Position numbers and translations under genes: made by a program. The notes below the pieces were generated by a model. It was not told where the DNA came from, made no database searches, and was given only the letters and a program-made list of their open reading frames with translations. 64,000 nucleotides of DNA, from positions 199 to 64,198 of the forward strand of contig CAZVXF010000005.1 of assembly GCA_964630875.1 (NCBI GenBank). Reading direction: 5' to 3'. Within the stretch, counting starts at the first letter, position 1; each line of letters begins with the position of its first letter. Shown in pieces: positions 40,129 to 49,399 of this stretch. This DNA comes from an uncultured bacterium. GTDB taxonomy: Bacteria > Chlamydiota > Chlamydiia > Chlamydiales > SM23-39.

Positions 40129-41068
40129 AATTCTCATTGTTCTGGTAAACTGGAATGGCAAAAAAGATACTCTCGAATGCTTAGCTTCCTTAAGACAAGT
40201 CCAATATTCTAATTTTACAACAGTCATTGTCGATAATGGTTCGAGCGACGATTCCGTTATGTGTATTCGTGAAAAATATCCCAGCGTTCCGATCTTTGAA
40301 ACAAAAGAGAATTTAGGATTTGCAGGAGGCAATAATGTAGCAATTGTTTGGGCTTTAAAAAAAGACTTCGATTGGATCCTTTTGCTCAACAATGACACGA
40401 TTGTAGACCCTTATTTTCTACATGAGTTCATGGCGGCTGCGAAGCTAAAGCCAAAAGCCAAAATCCTCGGGGCCAAAATCTACCGTTATCATGATCCTTT
40501 GCGCATCGATCATTTGGGAGGCACATGGAATGCGCAAATCGGAGAATTTGAATCTCATTGTTTTGCACAAGTCGATGATCGCCAATCGTATGAAGAAATG
40601 AGACAAGTTGACTATGTATGTGGAGCGGCTCTTCTGATGCATCGAAGTGTCCCGGAAACCATAGGAACCCTTGAAAAAGATTTCTTCTTATTTTGGGAAG
40701 AAACAGATTTTTGTTGCCGAGCAAGACGCGCAGGGCTAGAAGTGTGGACAGCGCCAAAAGCGAAGATATGGCATAAAGTTTCTTCTTCTTTCACAGGAGG
40801 AAAACCCCAAATGCACTATTTTTGGTGGAGAAGCAGGCTTCTTTGGATTCAAAGAAACTGTCTTTCCTATGAAAAGCAAATCCTCTACAAAGAAGTGATT
40901 TATCCAGATCTTTGGAAAACATTCCGCCATTTTTTCCTGCTGAGTTGCTTTCGAAAAAAAACACCAGAGAACAGACAAAAAGCAAACAGAAATAAGGCCG
41001 GTTTGATCGGCGCACTTCATTATTGTTTCGGCAGATTCGGAAATTGTCCTGACTGGTTAAGAAAATAG
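40091..41068 (+). CDS. Glycosyltransferase family 2
   Basis: GT-A motifs: VLVNWNGKKDT, VDNGSSD, and a DxD-like LLNNDT. Confidence 0.8.
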   Translation: MVKDSSHHTTSNKILIVLVNWNGKKDTLECLASLRQVQYSNFTTVIVDNGSSDDSVMCIREKYPSVPIFETKENLGFAGGNNVAIVWALKKDFDWILLLNNDTIVDPYFLHEFMAAAKLKPKAKILGAKIYRYHDPLRIDHLGGTWNAQIGEFESHCFAQVDDRQSYEEMRQVDYVCGAALLMHRSVPETIGTLEKDFFLFWEETDFCCRARRAGLEVWTAPKAKIWHKVSSSFTGGKPQMHYFWWRSRLLWIQRNCLSYEKQILYKEVIYPDLWKTFRHFFLLSCFRKKTPENRQKANRNKAGLIGALHYCFGRFGNCPDWLRK

Positions 41069-41133
41069 TAGAACTTATTTTCAGCCTGTTCTATATAAGA
41101 ATTATACTAATAGTAAAAAAATTTGGAGAAAAT

Positions 41134-43842
41134 GTGCGTATTAGTGTTTTAATTTTTTCTTATTCTATTTCAGCATTTGCAGCAGATAGTTTTTGGAATG
41201 ATGCTGTCAACGGAAGTTCATGGAACTTTGCAAATCATTGGTCTCCTTCGGGGGTTCCAGGAGCTGCTAATACTGCGATCTTTAATACAATCGCAACCAA
41301 TCTGTCTGATCAATTCAAGATTTCAATCATTGCACCAGTCACTGTTGGCTCAATGGAATTCAACAATGAAAATCCCGCAACAGGCTACTGGATTTTTGGA
41401 ATGACTCCACTGCAACTCAATGCAAACATTGGCAATTCCTTTATTTCTGTGAAAGCAAATAACCACTCGCAAGTGCTGATTGACGTTCCAATCATTCTGG
41501 GAAAAGATTTAGAGATCATCAATGGAAGCGCAAATCCGATTATTTTGAACCAAAAGTTATCCGGAGCCAGCCGCAATGTGAGAGTGGCAGGTCTTACTGA
41601 GTTTTCAGGTTCCGAACCAAATTCATATACAGGAATGACAAAGGTCAAAAACGGAACACTTTTTTTGAATAAATCAAAAGGTGTGAACGCAATTTCCGGA
41701 AACCTCATCATAGATTCTGGAAGCGTCGAGTATTTGAGCGACTTGCAAGTTGCAAATTCAAGTATTGTTACCTTGCAGGATAACGCAGTCTTCAATCTTA
41801 ACTCTCACCAGGAAACCATTCGAACCCTTCAACTTAAAAAAAGCTCTTCACCAAACACTGTAAAAATCGGTGTCGATGGTGCCCTTTCGATCTCTGATAC
41901 TCTAGAACTTGCAGATCACTCAAGCATTGAAGGTTTAGGTTCCTTATTTCTTTCAGGTGATCATGCAAAAATCTCCTTCATCGGTTCAACACATTATGGT
42001 CAGATCAATACTGCGCTTCATTTAGGCAACCAAATGAGAACCATCGAGGTCAATGCAAATCCTCCCTTATCTTTAAATGGCCCTATCTTAGATGGCGGAA
42101 TCATTAAAACAGGCGCTGGGATTCTGGAGATCGCAACCCATGCGAATCTTTCAGGCTTTGTCATCGAAGAAGGCGGTGTCCATCTCAATGGAAGACTTGC
42201 AAGTGTAAGCCCTGTTCAAATTTATCCAGATGCGTTTTTATATGGGAAAGGTTCAATTGATGGGAATTTAGTGATTCACGGAACGGTGTCTGTCGGAGAA
42301 ATCATTCCCGACAATACCTCTTATGACAAAACAGAGTATTTCTCATTTGATAAAGTTTCAGACATTGAAAATTCTAAATCCCAACTTCTGTTTTTGACTG
42401 GAGATTTCCAATCCGCGCATGTTTCAGAAGGGATTCATGTCAATGGGGATATCACTTTCTCGCCTCAATCAACTCTTGTGATTAAGTTTAGTCCAAATCT
42501 GTTAAGCCGCATTGATACGACTGGGAAAATCATTCTTGATTCGACAAATATTTTATTAAGCCCAACAGAAGGAATTTACAACCTCAATCAGAAATATGAC
42601 ATTCTTTATGCGGGATCAATTTCAGGACAAATCGGAACCGTGTCGAGCCGATTTGCACTCATTAATCCAATCATTTCATACATTACAGAGGACTCTTATA
42701 CAGCCGTCTCTTTTACTTTATCTCTCAATCACTTCTCAGATTTATTTACCTCTGGGAACGCATCACTTGTAGCTGCCTATTTAGATTCACTTGCTTTAGA
42801 TCCGCACGATAATTCGCCAATTATTATCGAGGCTTTGATCAATACACCCACCCTCAAAGAAATTAGCGATTCACTCTCGCAATTGCAACCCTCTGCTTTT
42901 ACCTCTCTTCCAGTCTCTTTAGAGAACGATCTTTTTTATATCCGTAATTCGATTTATAGTCGGTTGTATCAAGAACAACAAAATTGTCTATGCATTATTG
43001 AAAATGAATGCCCCATTCATGTTTGGGGAGGGGCCTTTGGCGGTATTGCAAACCAAATCAATCAAAGTGGCGAGCCAGGTTTTCGAGCCTCGTCTCCTGG
43101 CGCAATTTTAGCAGTGGATGCAAACATCAAGGAAAATGTTGTTTTGGGTGGCGCTGTTGGTTACCTATACACTTTTCATGAGTGGAAACGACATCGTGGC
43201 GATGCAAACATTCATACAATTTCTGGATCTATCTACTCACAATATGCAAAACCAACAAGCTTCTTTGTTGGAAATATCACAGGAGGTTATAGCTTCTATG
43301 ATGTGGACCGCAAAATCAATTTAGGCCCAGGAAATGTTTTACACGCTAATGCAAATAGCCGCTTTGGAGGATTCGAAGGTTCTATTGATCTAAAATTTGG
43401 AGCCCATTTTCCTGTGCGATCAACAATTATTACTCCATTTCTTGGTTTTGATTACATGGTCGTTCATCAAAATGAAGCACATGAACATGGCGCGCGTGTT
43501 TTGAATCTTAATATTGAAAGTCATATTGCCGATCTTCTTACAAGCGAAGGCGGATTTGAATTTAGCTTTTGTCATTGGAAAGATCAGACCTTCTTAAAAG
43601 CGCTCCTGCGATTGAGTGCGATCGCAGAAAGCCGTTTCTTTGGCAAAACGGTAGAAGCCTCTTTCCACACAGGCGGAAAGTTTAAAGCAAGAGGGCTTTA
43701 CCCATCACGCGTTCTTGGCGCCTTTGGAGCAGGCCTTAGTGCTTCCTTTGACAGAAGCACAATCTTCATATCCTATCAAGCGAAGACAAATTGGAATTTT
43801 ACTGACCAATTCTTAACGCTTGAATACCTCTGGAGATTTTAA
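41134..43842 (+). CDS. Autotransporter outer membrane protein (Pmp-like passenger plus C-terminal beta-barrel)
   Basis: GTG start with signal peptide MRISVLIFSYSISAFA. The passenger carries autotransporter-associated beta-strand repeats (YTGMTKVKNGTLFLN, GGIIKTGAGILEI). The C-terminal roughly 280 aa form a beta-barrel-like region ending in ...LEYLWRF. Confidence 0.8.
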   Translation: MRISVLIFSYSISAFAADSFWNDAVNGSSWNFANHWSPSGVPGAANTAIFNTIATNLSDQFKISIIAPVTVGSMEFNNENPATGYWIFGMTPLQLNANIGNSFISVKANNHSQVLIDVPIILGKDLEIINGSANPIILNQKLSGASRNVRVAGLTEFSGSEPNSYTGMTKVKNGTLFLNKSKGVNAISGNLIIDSGSVEYLSDLQVANSSIVTLQDNAVFNLNSHQETIRTLQLKKSSSPNTVKIGVDGALSISDTLELADHSSIEGLGSLFLSGDHAKISFIGSTHYGQINTALHLGNQMRTIEVNANPPLSLNGPILDGGIIKTGAGILEIATHANLSGFVIEEGGVHLNGRLASVSPVQIYPDAFLYGKGSIDGNLVIHGTVSVGEIIPDNTSYDKTEYFSFDKVSDIENSKSQLLFLTGDFQSAHVSEGIHVNGDITFSPQSTLVIKFSPNLLSRIDTTGKIILDSTNILLSPTEGIYNLNQKYDILYAGSISGQIGTVSSRFALINPIISYITEDSYTAVSFTLSLNHFSDLFTSGNASLVAAYLDSLALDPHDNSPIIIEALINTPTLKEISDSLSQLQPSAFTSLPVSLENDLFYIRNSIYSRLYQEQQNCLCIIENECPIHVWGGAFGGIANQINQSGEPGFRASSPGAILAVDANIKENVVLGGAVGYLYTFHEWKRHRGDANIHTISGSIYSQYAKPTSFFVGNITGGYSFYDVDRKINLGPGNVLHANANSRFGGFEGSIDLKFGAHFPVRSTIITPFLGFDYMVVHQNEAHEHGARVLNLNIESHIADLLTSEGGFEFSFCHWKDQTFLKALLRLSAIAESRFFGKTVEASFHTGGKFKARGLYPSRVLGAFGAGLSASFDRSTIFISYQAKTNWNFTDQFLTLEYLWRF

Positions 43843-43851
43843 TCTCCAGAG
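43828..43851. terminator. Hairpin spanning the autotransporter stop codon, between convergent genes
   Basis: Inverted repeat ctctggagatt / aatctccagag. The loop is very short, so the effective stem is smaller. Confidence 0.35.
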
Positions 43852-43856
43852 TCGCT

Positions 43857-44285
43857 TTATTTAACTAATTTTAACAGCTTGTCGAATCGAGAAAATACAA
43901 ATGCGCTTCCGGATAAACTAACAATTCCTGTTACAAGAGGAATAATACTTTTATTGAAAACCATCTTAATTCTTCCCAATAAATGAATTGGATTCATAAT
44001 TGTTTCCTTCAGCCTTTTAATTTCTGGTTGTAAGGAAGGAAAAGAAGGAATTTCAATCTCTTTTCGATAGCTCTCGCTTGCAGCCCAAGCTTTTCCAACT
44101 AAACTTGCGCCCGTTACAATCCCTGCTATCCCAAGAAAAGCAATCCCCACTTTCGTCGCAGTTACTTTTTGCGCTGGTGTTAAGGAAAATTTGCTTATCT
44201 CATTTACACCAAACATTGGCTTGCCAAGATTTGTACAAAAATTGCCAATGCCCTCCATCAATGTGTCTAATAGTTCCATATTCAT
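43857..44285 (-). CDS. Hypothetical membrane protein (142 aa)
   Basis: Two hydrophobic segments (VGIAFLGIAGIVTGASLVG and IIPLVTGIVSLSGSAFVF). No homology recognised. Confidence 0.45.
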   Translation of the reverse strand: MNMELLDTLMEGIGNFCTNLGKPMFGVNEISKFSLTPAQKVTATKVGIAFLGIAGIVTGASLVGKAWAASESYRKEIEIPSFPSLQPEIKRLKETIMNPIHLLGRIKMVFNKSIIPLVTGIVSLSGSAFVFSRFDKLLKLVK

Positions 44286-44390
44286 CTCCTATTTTTTTCA
44301 AGAAAATACTATTACGAAGGTTTGCCTAGTTTTTTGTCAATAAATTATTTAGATCATACCAAGACTTTGTAAAGACAAAATAAATATTTT

Positions 44391-44420
44391 TTGACAAAAA
44401 AAAGCATATTTCTGTACTAT
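44391..44420 (+). promoter_or_regulatory. Sigma-70-like promoter for the 87-aa ORF
   Basis: TTGACA (44391..44396), an 18-nt spacer, then TACTAT (44415..44420). AGGAGG at 44439..44444 lies 7 nt before the ATG. Confidence 0.5.
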
Positions 44421-44451
44421 GAACCTCATTTTTTAAACAGGAGGAAAAATT

Positions 44452-44715
44452 ATGACAGTAATCACAAACGCTTTGAATACAATCAATCCAAAGAATTGGA
44501 TGCCTGCGGACTCATCAAACAAAAGTACATCATTGACAAATTTAGCTTTAAGAACCGCTACAGGGGTTGCCGGCGCTAACTTACTCTGTAATGGTATAAA
44601 TTCGGCACGTGAAATGAAAATGCCAAGTAAAGATAACTGGCAAGCCACACAGATTGCAAAAACACTCGCACAACTTATCTTCGGCGGCGGTGCATTAGTA
44701 GCCTCCGTTAAATAA
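44452..44715 (+). CDS. Hypothetical small protein (87 aa)
   Basis: Near-consensus promoter, strong RBS and its own terminator. Ends in the Gly/Ala-rich hydrophobic segment LIFGGGALVASVK. Confidence 0.55.
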   Translation: MTVITNALNTINPKNWMPADSSNKSTSLTNLALRTATGVAGANLLCNGINSAREMKMPSKDNWQATQIAKTLAQLIFGGGALVASVK

Positions 44716-44726
44716 TTCAGTATTTT

Positions 44727-44762
44727 GATAGAGGCTCTTCTAAAGACGCCTCTATCTTTTTT
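44727..44762 (+). terminator. Rho-independent terminator of the 87-aa ORF
   Basis: Stem gatagaggc / gcctctatc with a 12-nt loop, followed by a T-run. Confidence 0.7.
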
Positions 44763-44802
44763 ACGGAAATAAATCACTTTTTCCGTGTATACTCCCCTCA
44801 AT

Positions 44803-46383
44803 ATGATTACGCTAGAAAATATCTCTAAACGCATTGGAAGCAGAACCTTATTTGAGAATGTTACCTTCACCTTCAATGAAGGTTGTCGTTACGGTCTGAC
44901 AGGGCCCAACGGTTCAGGAAAATCGACCCTTTTAAAAATCATTATGGGTGTTGAGCCGCAAACAACTGGCATCGTTTCTTTACCTCGAAAAGTAGGTTTT
45001 TTAAAACAAAGAATTGAAGATTTCAAAGACCTTCTCGTCATAGATACAGTCATTATGGGAAATGATCGATTATGGCGTGCAATGCAAGAAAGAGATCGTC
45101 TCTACGAAGAAGAAATGACTGATGCGATCGGAATTCGTCTTGGTGAAATTGAAGAGATCATCGCTGAAGAGGACGGATATTCAGCCGAATCTGAAGCAGA
45201 AGTACTTCTAATTGGAATGGGCATTCCAGAAGAGCTACATCGCAAAAAAATGCACGAAATTCCAACGGATCGACAATTCCGCGCTCTCCTTTGCCAAGCC
45301 TTATTTGGAAATCCCGATGCTCTTTTACTCGATGAGCCGACCAACCACTTGGACCTTGAATCGATTTCCTGGCTTGAAGAATTTCTACATCGATATAAGG
45401 GAACGTTAGTTGTCGTTAGCCATGACAGACACTTTTTAAATTCCGTTTGTACCGACATTGCAGATCTCGACTACGAAACGATCATTACCTATCCAGGTAA
45501 CTATGATGCAATGCTCACAACGAAAACAGCTGTTCGTTCTCGCGCCGAAGACGAAAACAAAGCAAAAGAAAAGAAGATTTCGCAGCTCAAAGAATTTGTT
45601 GCTAAATTCGGCGCAGGCACTCGTGCGAGCCAGGTTCAATCCAGAGTGCGGGAGATTGATCGTCTCGAGCCAATGGAATTAAAAAAATCAAATATTCAAC
45701 GTCCCTATATCCGATTTCCAGAACCAAAGCAGGCAGGCCAAGTTGTTTTTAAGATCGACTCTTTGACGAAAGGTTATGGTGATCAGCCTGTAATTCGCAA
45801 TTTTAATTGTGAAATTCATCGAGGAGACAAAATCGCAATTATCGGGAATAACGGAAAAGGAAAGACGACGCTTTGTAAGCTACTTGCAAAAGCCCTTCTT
45901 CCTGATTCTGGAACGATCACTCCGGGGCACGGCCTTGATGTGGGATATTTCCCTCAAAACCACGGAGAAGTTCTCAATAAGCACTCAGATGAAACGGCTT
46001 TTGATTGGTTAAAAAATCGCAAAAGCGGTTCGTTTGATCAAGATGTTCGCGGGGTTCTCGGTAGAATGCTTTTTGCGGGAGATGACGCTTTCAAACCACT
46101 TCGCAATCTTTCCGGAGGAGAAGCGGCAAGGCTCATTATCGGCTCGCTCTTACTGACAGGTCCAAACATTTTGATCATGGACGAACCGAACAACCACCTA
46201 GACCTCGAAGCGGTATCTGCACTTGCGTGGGGACTTGAAAACTTTAAAGGGACAGCGCTCGTCGCAACTCATGACCGAGAACTGATTAATGGATTTGCAA
46301 CAAAGATCATCGCATTTGAAGAAAATTCCATTCGGTTCTTCCAAGGAACACTGGAAGAGTATCTGAAAGTCGTCAAAAAATGA
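44803..46383 (+). CDS. ABC-F family ATPase (two ABC domains, no TM domain)
   Basis: Two Walker A motifs (GPNGSGKST and GNNGKGKTT), two signature/Walker B pairs, and a charged inter-domain linker. The start was chosen at MITLENISKR, and an ATG 18 nt upstream is also possible. Confidence 0.85.
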   Translation: MITLENISKRIGSRTLFENVTFTFNEGCRYGLTGPNGSGKSTLLKIIMGVEPQTTGIVSLPRKVGFLKQRIEDFKDLLVIDTVIMGNDRLWRAMQERDRLYEEEMTDAIGIRLGEIEEIIAEEDGYSAESEAEVLLIGMGIPEELHRKKMHEIPTDRQFRALLCQALFGNPDALLLDEPTNHLDLESISWLEEFLHRYKGTLVVVSHDRHFLNSVCTDIADLDYETIITYPGNYDAMLTTKTAVRSRAEDENKAKEKKISQLKEFVAKFGAGTRASQVQSRVREIDRLEPMELKKSNIQRPYIRFPEPKQAGQVVFKIDSLTKGYGDQPVIRNFNCEIHRGDKIAIIGNNGKGKTTLCKLLAKALLPDSGTITPGHGLDVGYFPQNHGEVLNKHSDETAFDWLKNRKSGSFDQDVRGVLGRMLFAGDDAFKPLRNLSGGEAARLIIGSLLLTGPNILIMDEPNNHLDLEAVSALAWGLENFKGTALVATHDRELINGFATKIIAFEENSIRFFQGTLEEYLKVVKK

Positions 46384-46916
46384 GCCTCCTCAAAAAGCTA
46401 CGTGAATACCTTCCAACTTTCGAGGAAGCCTCAGTTCATCAGCAAACGATTGCTTTTATCCAGATGCATCCAAATTGCTTTGATCGCTCTCTAGAGATCG
46501 GACACATAACCGCCTCAGCTTGGCTATTAGACAATACAGGCACAAAGGCTCTTCTCTTGCATCACGCAAAGCTCGATTGTTGGGTACAACCTGGCGGGCA
46601 TTGTGACGGCGACACAGACGTTTTACGAGTCGCAATCAAGGAAGCTCAGGAAGAGTCTGGTATCTCTCAAATTGAAGCTGTATCAAAAAACATTTTCGAT
46701 CTCGACATCCATCAAATTCCTGAAAAAGGGCCTGTGAAAGCGCATCTACATTACGACATTCGCTTCTTGCTGCAAGTCAAAAGTGATGAGATCGCAAGAA
46801 AAAACCATGAATCTCGCGAACTTCGCTGGATTGATGAGATACTACCAACTAATAGTCGCTCTGTTGTTCGAATGTTCGAAAAATGGAAAGCCAAGTCGAG
46901 TTTGTTGCAAAAATAA
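46380..46916 (+). CDS. NUDIX hydrolase
   Basis: Nudix box GGHCDGDTDVLRVAIKEAQEESGI. Confidence 0.8.
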   Translation: MSLLKKLREYLPTFEEASVHQQTIAFIQMHPNCFDRSLEIGHITASAWLLDNTGTKALLLHHAKLDCWVQPGGHCDGDTDVLRVAIKEAQEESGISQIEAVSKNIFDLDIHQIPEKGPVKAHLHYDIRFLLQVKSDEIARKNHESRELRWIDEILPTNSRSVVRMFEKWKAKSSLLQK

Positions 46917-46960
46917 CGATCGAAAATCGGCTCAAAAGAACCTGAAATTTGACTGAATCT

Positions 46961-47008
46961 TATACCCAAACAAGCTCAAAAATCGGTTTTTGAGTTTGTT
47001 TGGGTATA
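46961..47008. repeat. Palindromic extragenic element (TATACCCAAACAA family), copy 2, near-perfect hairpin
   Basis: tatacccaaacaagctcaaaaa-tcgg-tttttgagtttgtttgggtata forms a stem of about 22 bp with one mismatch. It lies between the NUDIX gene and sctJ. Confidence 0.75.
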
Positions 47009-47074
47009 ATTTCGAATAAGGGTTATTCTAAATCTCATCTTGCAATGAGAATTCGTTCGTGATATAAGAAAGAC

Positions 47075-47935
47075 ATGCCTATCATCAAACGATTCTGTTC
47101 TTTCCTTGTAGTCCTCATTCTCCTCTCTAGTTGCGAAGGAAATCAGGCAATCGTATCAAATATTGAAGAACGCGAAGCGAACGAGATTGTTGTCTATCTT
47201 GCTTCAAAAGGCATTGCTGCACAAAAAATTCAGGTACCAGCAGCAGAAACAGCAACCATGCTTTTGTATAATATTAACGTGGATGCAAATCGCGCTGTCG
47301 ATGCGATGTCGATTTTGAATAAAGTTGGCCTTCCCCGCAGACCTGGAACAAACTTACTTACGCTCTTTGCGAAATCGGGGTTGATGTCTTCCGACAAAGA
47401 GGAGACAATTCGTTATCAGGCAGGACTTGCCGAAGAATTAAAAAATACCATTCGAAAAATTGATGGAGTCCTTGAGGCAGATGTACAACTCTCCTTCCCA
47501 ACATCTGAAACAATAGGACCCAATGGCGTTGCTCCTAAAATTACGGCAGCAGTTTACGTAAAACATCAAGGCGTCCTTGACGATCCAAATTCACATATGG
47601 AAACAAAAATCAAGCGATTATTGGCAGGAAGTGTCAATGGTTTGTCCTATGAGAATGTGATTGTCGTTTCGGACCGATCCCGTTTTACCGATATTCAATT
47701 GACTCCTGAAGGCGAACCCATTAGTAGCAGTTCAATGCAAGAAGCGTATGTCAGTATTTGGGGTCTTGTTTTAACAAAAAGTTCACTCACTCGATTTAGA
47801 TTCATTTTCTTTATTTTTATATTGTTGATTGCTCTTTTGAGCGGCACATTTGGTTGGGCAATATGGAAATATTATCCGCAAATCCGAAAAGGACAAAAAC
47901 CGCCTGAGGCCTTAGAAGAACCTCCTGCAACATAG
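47075..47935 (+). CDS. sctJ: Type III secretion inner-membrane ring lipoprotein SctJ (YscJ/CdsJ)
   Basis: Lipobox LLSSC, the conserved N-terminal EEREANEIVVYLASKGIAAQK motif and a C-terminal TM anchor. Confidence 0.85.
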   Translation: MPIIKRFCSFLVVLILLSSCEGNQAIVSNIEEREANEIVVYLASKGIAAQKIQVPAAETATMLLYNINVDANRAVDAMSILNKVGLPRRPGTNLLTLFAKSGLMSSDKEETIRYQAGLAEELKNTIRKIDGVLEADVQLSFPTSETIGPNGVAPKITAAVYVKHQGVLDDPNSHMETKIKRLLAGSVNGLSYENVIVVSDRSRFTDIQLTPEGEPISSSSMQEAYVSIWGLVLTKSSLTRFRFIFFIFILLIALLSGTFGWAIWKYYPQIRKGQKPPEALEEPPAT

Positions 47936-47942
47936 GGTTTAA

Positions 47943-48770
47943 ATGGGCAGACAGCAAGAGATTGTTCTCAAGGCGATTTTAAAAACTCTAGATTCTGAAA
48001 AAAGCGATCGCCTCCTCTCCTTTCTTCCTGATCAAGAAAAAGATTTTTTACTTCATCTTCCTGATATTCATTTAACTGCACAGGCAGCAGCTGTACCAAC
48101 ACTGGATCAAATCCATTGGTCTTGGTTTATTCCCGTTTTTGAAGCTTCGGCTCCAAAAGATCAGAAAGTGCTTTTAAAAGTATTTCCTGTGAGTGCGCAA
48201 AAATCTTTAAGTAAAGTTCTACAAATCACGCCTGCGACTGAAAAAATGAGTCGAATGGCATTATCCTACTTAAGACAAACTTTACTTCAAGCAGTGATGC
48301 CTCAGAACCTTCTTCCGATCGGTCTTCTTCCTCCGTCGCCGCTCAATCTCATCTTACAAATTGAGAAAAAAAAACTCACAAAGCTCATCGACTATTTATC
48401 TTTGTACGATCTTTCTCGAGAGTTACGTCAAATTGTAGAGACAAAAATCCTTCAAAAAATCTACAGTTTCCTTACAGATGATGAAAAGCAGTTCCTGAAA
48501 ATTGCGGCCACGCAAAAAGAACCATATACAACGGCGCAAATTCATCTTGAAAAGTGGGATGGAGCAAAGGAAAGTTTCAGGCTGACTCTTCACCGTGTCG
48601 GTCTTGCGAGACTTGGAAGTGCATTATCCGGACAAGATCCAGATTTGATCTGGTATATTTGTCATCAATTGGATAGCGGTAGAGGCAAAGCCCTTGAAAA
48701 GCTATGCAAGAAAGAACCGATACCAGGCGTAGCGGAATGGTTAGCTGAGCAAATGAAAGAGCTTTTATGA
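47943..48770 (+). CDS. T3SS-associated protein at the SctK position (counterpart of the chlamydial ORF between cdsJ and cdsL)
   Basis: Assigned by position only: it sits between sctJ and sctL and overlaps sctL by 4 nt. No motif recognised. Confidence 0.45.
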   Translation: MGRQQEIVLKAILKTLDSEKSDRLLSFLPDQEKDFLLHLPDIHLTAQAAAVPTLDQIHWSWFIPVFEASAPKDQKVLLKVFPVSAQKSLSKVLQITPATEKMSRMALSYLRQTLLQAVMPQNLLPIGLLPPSPLNLILQIEKKKLTKLIDYLSLYDLSRELRQIVETKILQKIYSFLTDDEKQFLKIAATQKEPYTTAQIHLEKWDGAKESFRLTLHRVGLARLGSALSGQDPDLIWYICHQLDSGRGKALEKLCKKEPIPGVAEWLAEQMKELL

Positions 48771-49399
48771 CAAAATTCTTCTCCCTTCATAACGCAAAAG
48801 AAGTCCATCTAGCTTCTGGAAAAAAAGTCATCCCAGCAAAAGAATTTTCAAAATTAATGACGTCCCAAGAAATTGTCAAAATGGCAAAAGAAGATGCAGA
48901 GCAGTTAAAACAAGAGATTGCGGCGGATGCTGAAAAAATTAAAGAAGATGCTTTCCAACAAGGATTCCAAGAGGGCCTTGTTTCATTAAACAAGCATATC
49001 CTAAGTCTAGATCACGAATTGAAAACACTTCGTAGCGATATCCAAAAAAAGATTCTTCCTCTTGCAATTACAGCGGCTCGAAAAATTTTGGGAGAAGAGC
49101 TCAAAATGCACCCTGATCGCATTGTCGATATCGTTTTGAACTCGTTAAAACCAGTCACGCAACATCGCAGAATTGTGATCTATGTCAATCGTGCAGATCT
49201 TCAGACGCTCGAAGACAACCGTCCTAAAATAAAAAAAATATTCGAACACGTAGAAAATTTATCCATCCAGGAACGAGACGATATAGAACCTGGAGGGTGC
49301 ATGATTGAAACGGAAGCAGGAATTATCAATGCGCAGCTCGAAAATCAGTGGCGCGCACTGGAATCTGCATTTGAGTCTTTCAAAGGAAATTTCTCATGA
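48767..49399 (+). CDS. sctL: Type III secretion stator protein SctL (YscL/CdsL, FliH-like)
   Basis: Coiled-coil N-terminal half and the FliH/SctL C-terminal pattern (...GGCMIETEAGIINAQLENQWRAL). Confidence 0.7.
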   Translation: MTKFFSLHNAKEVHLASGKKVIPAKEFSKLMTSQEIVKMAKEDAEQLKQEIAADAEKIKEDAFQQGFQEGLVSLNKHILSLDHELKTLRSDIQKKILPLAITAARKILGEELKMHPDRIVDIVLNSLKPVTQHRRIVIYVNRADLQTLEDNRPKIKKIFEHVENLSIQERDDIEPGGCMIETEAGIINAQLENQWRALESAFESFKGNFS

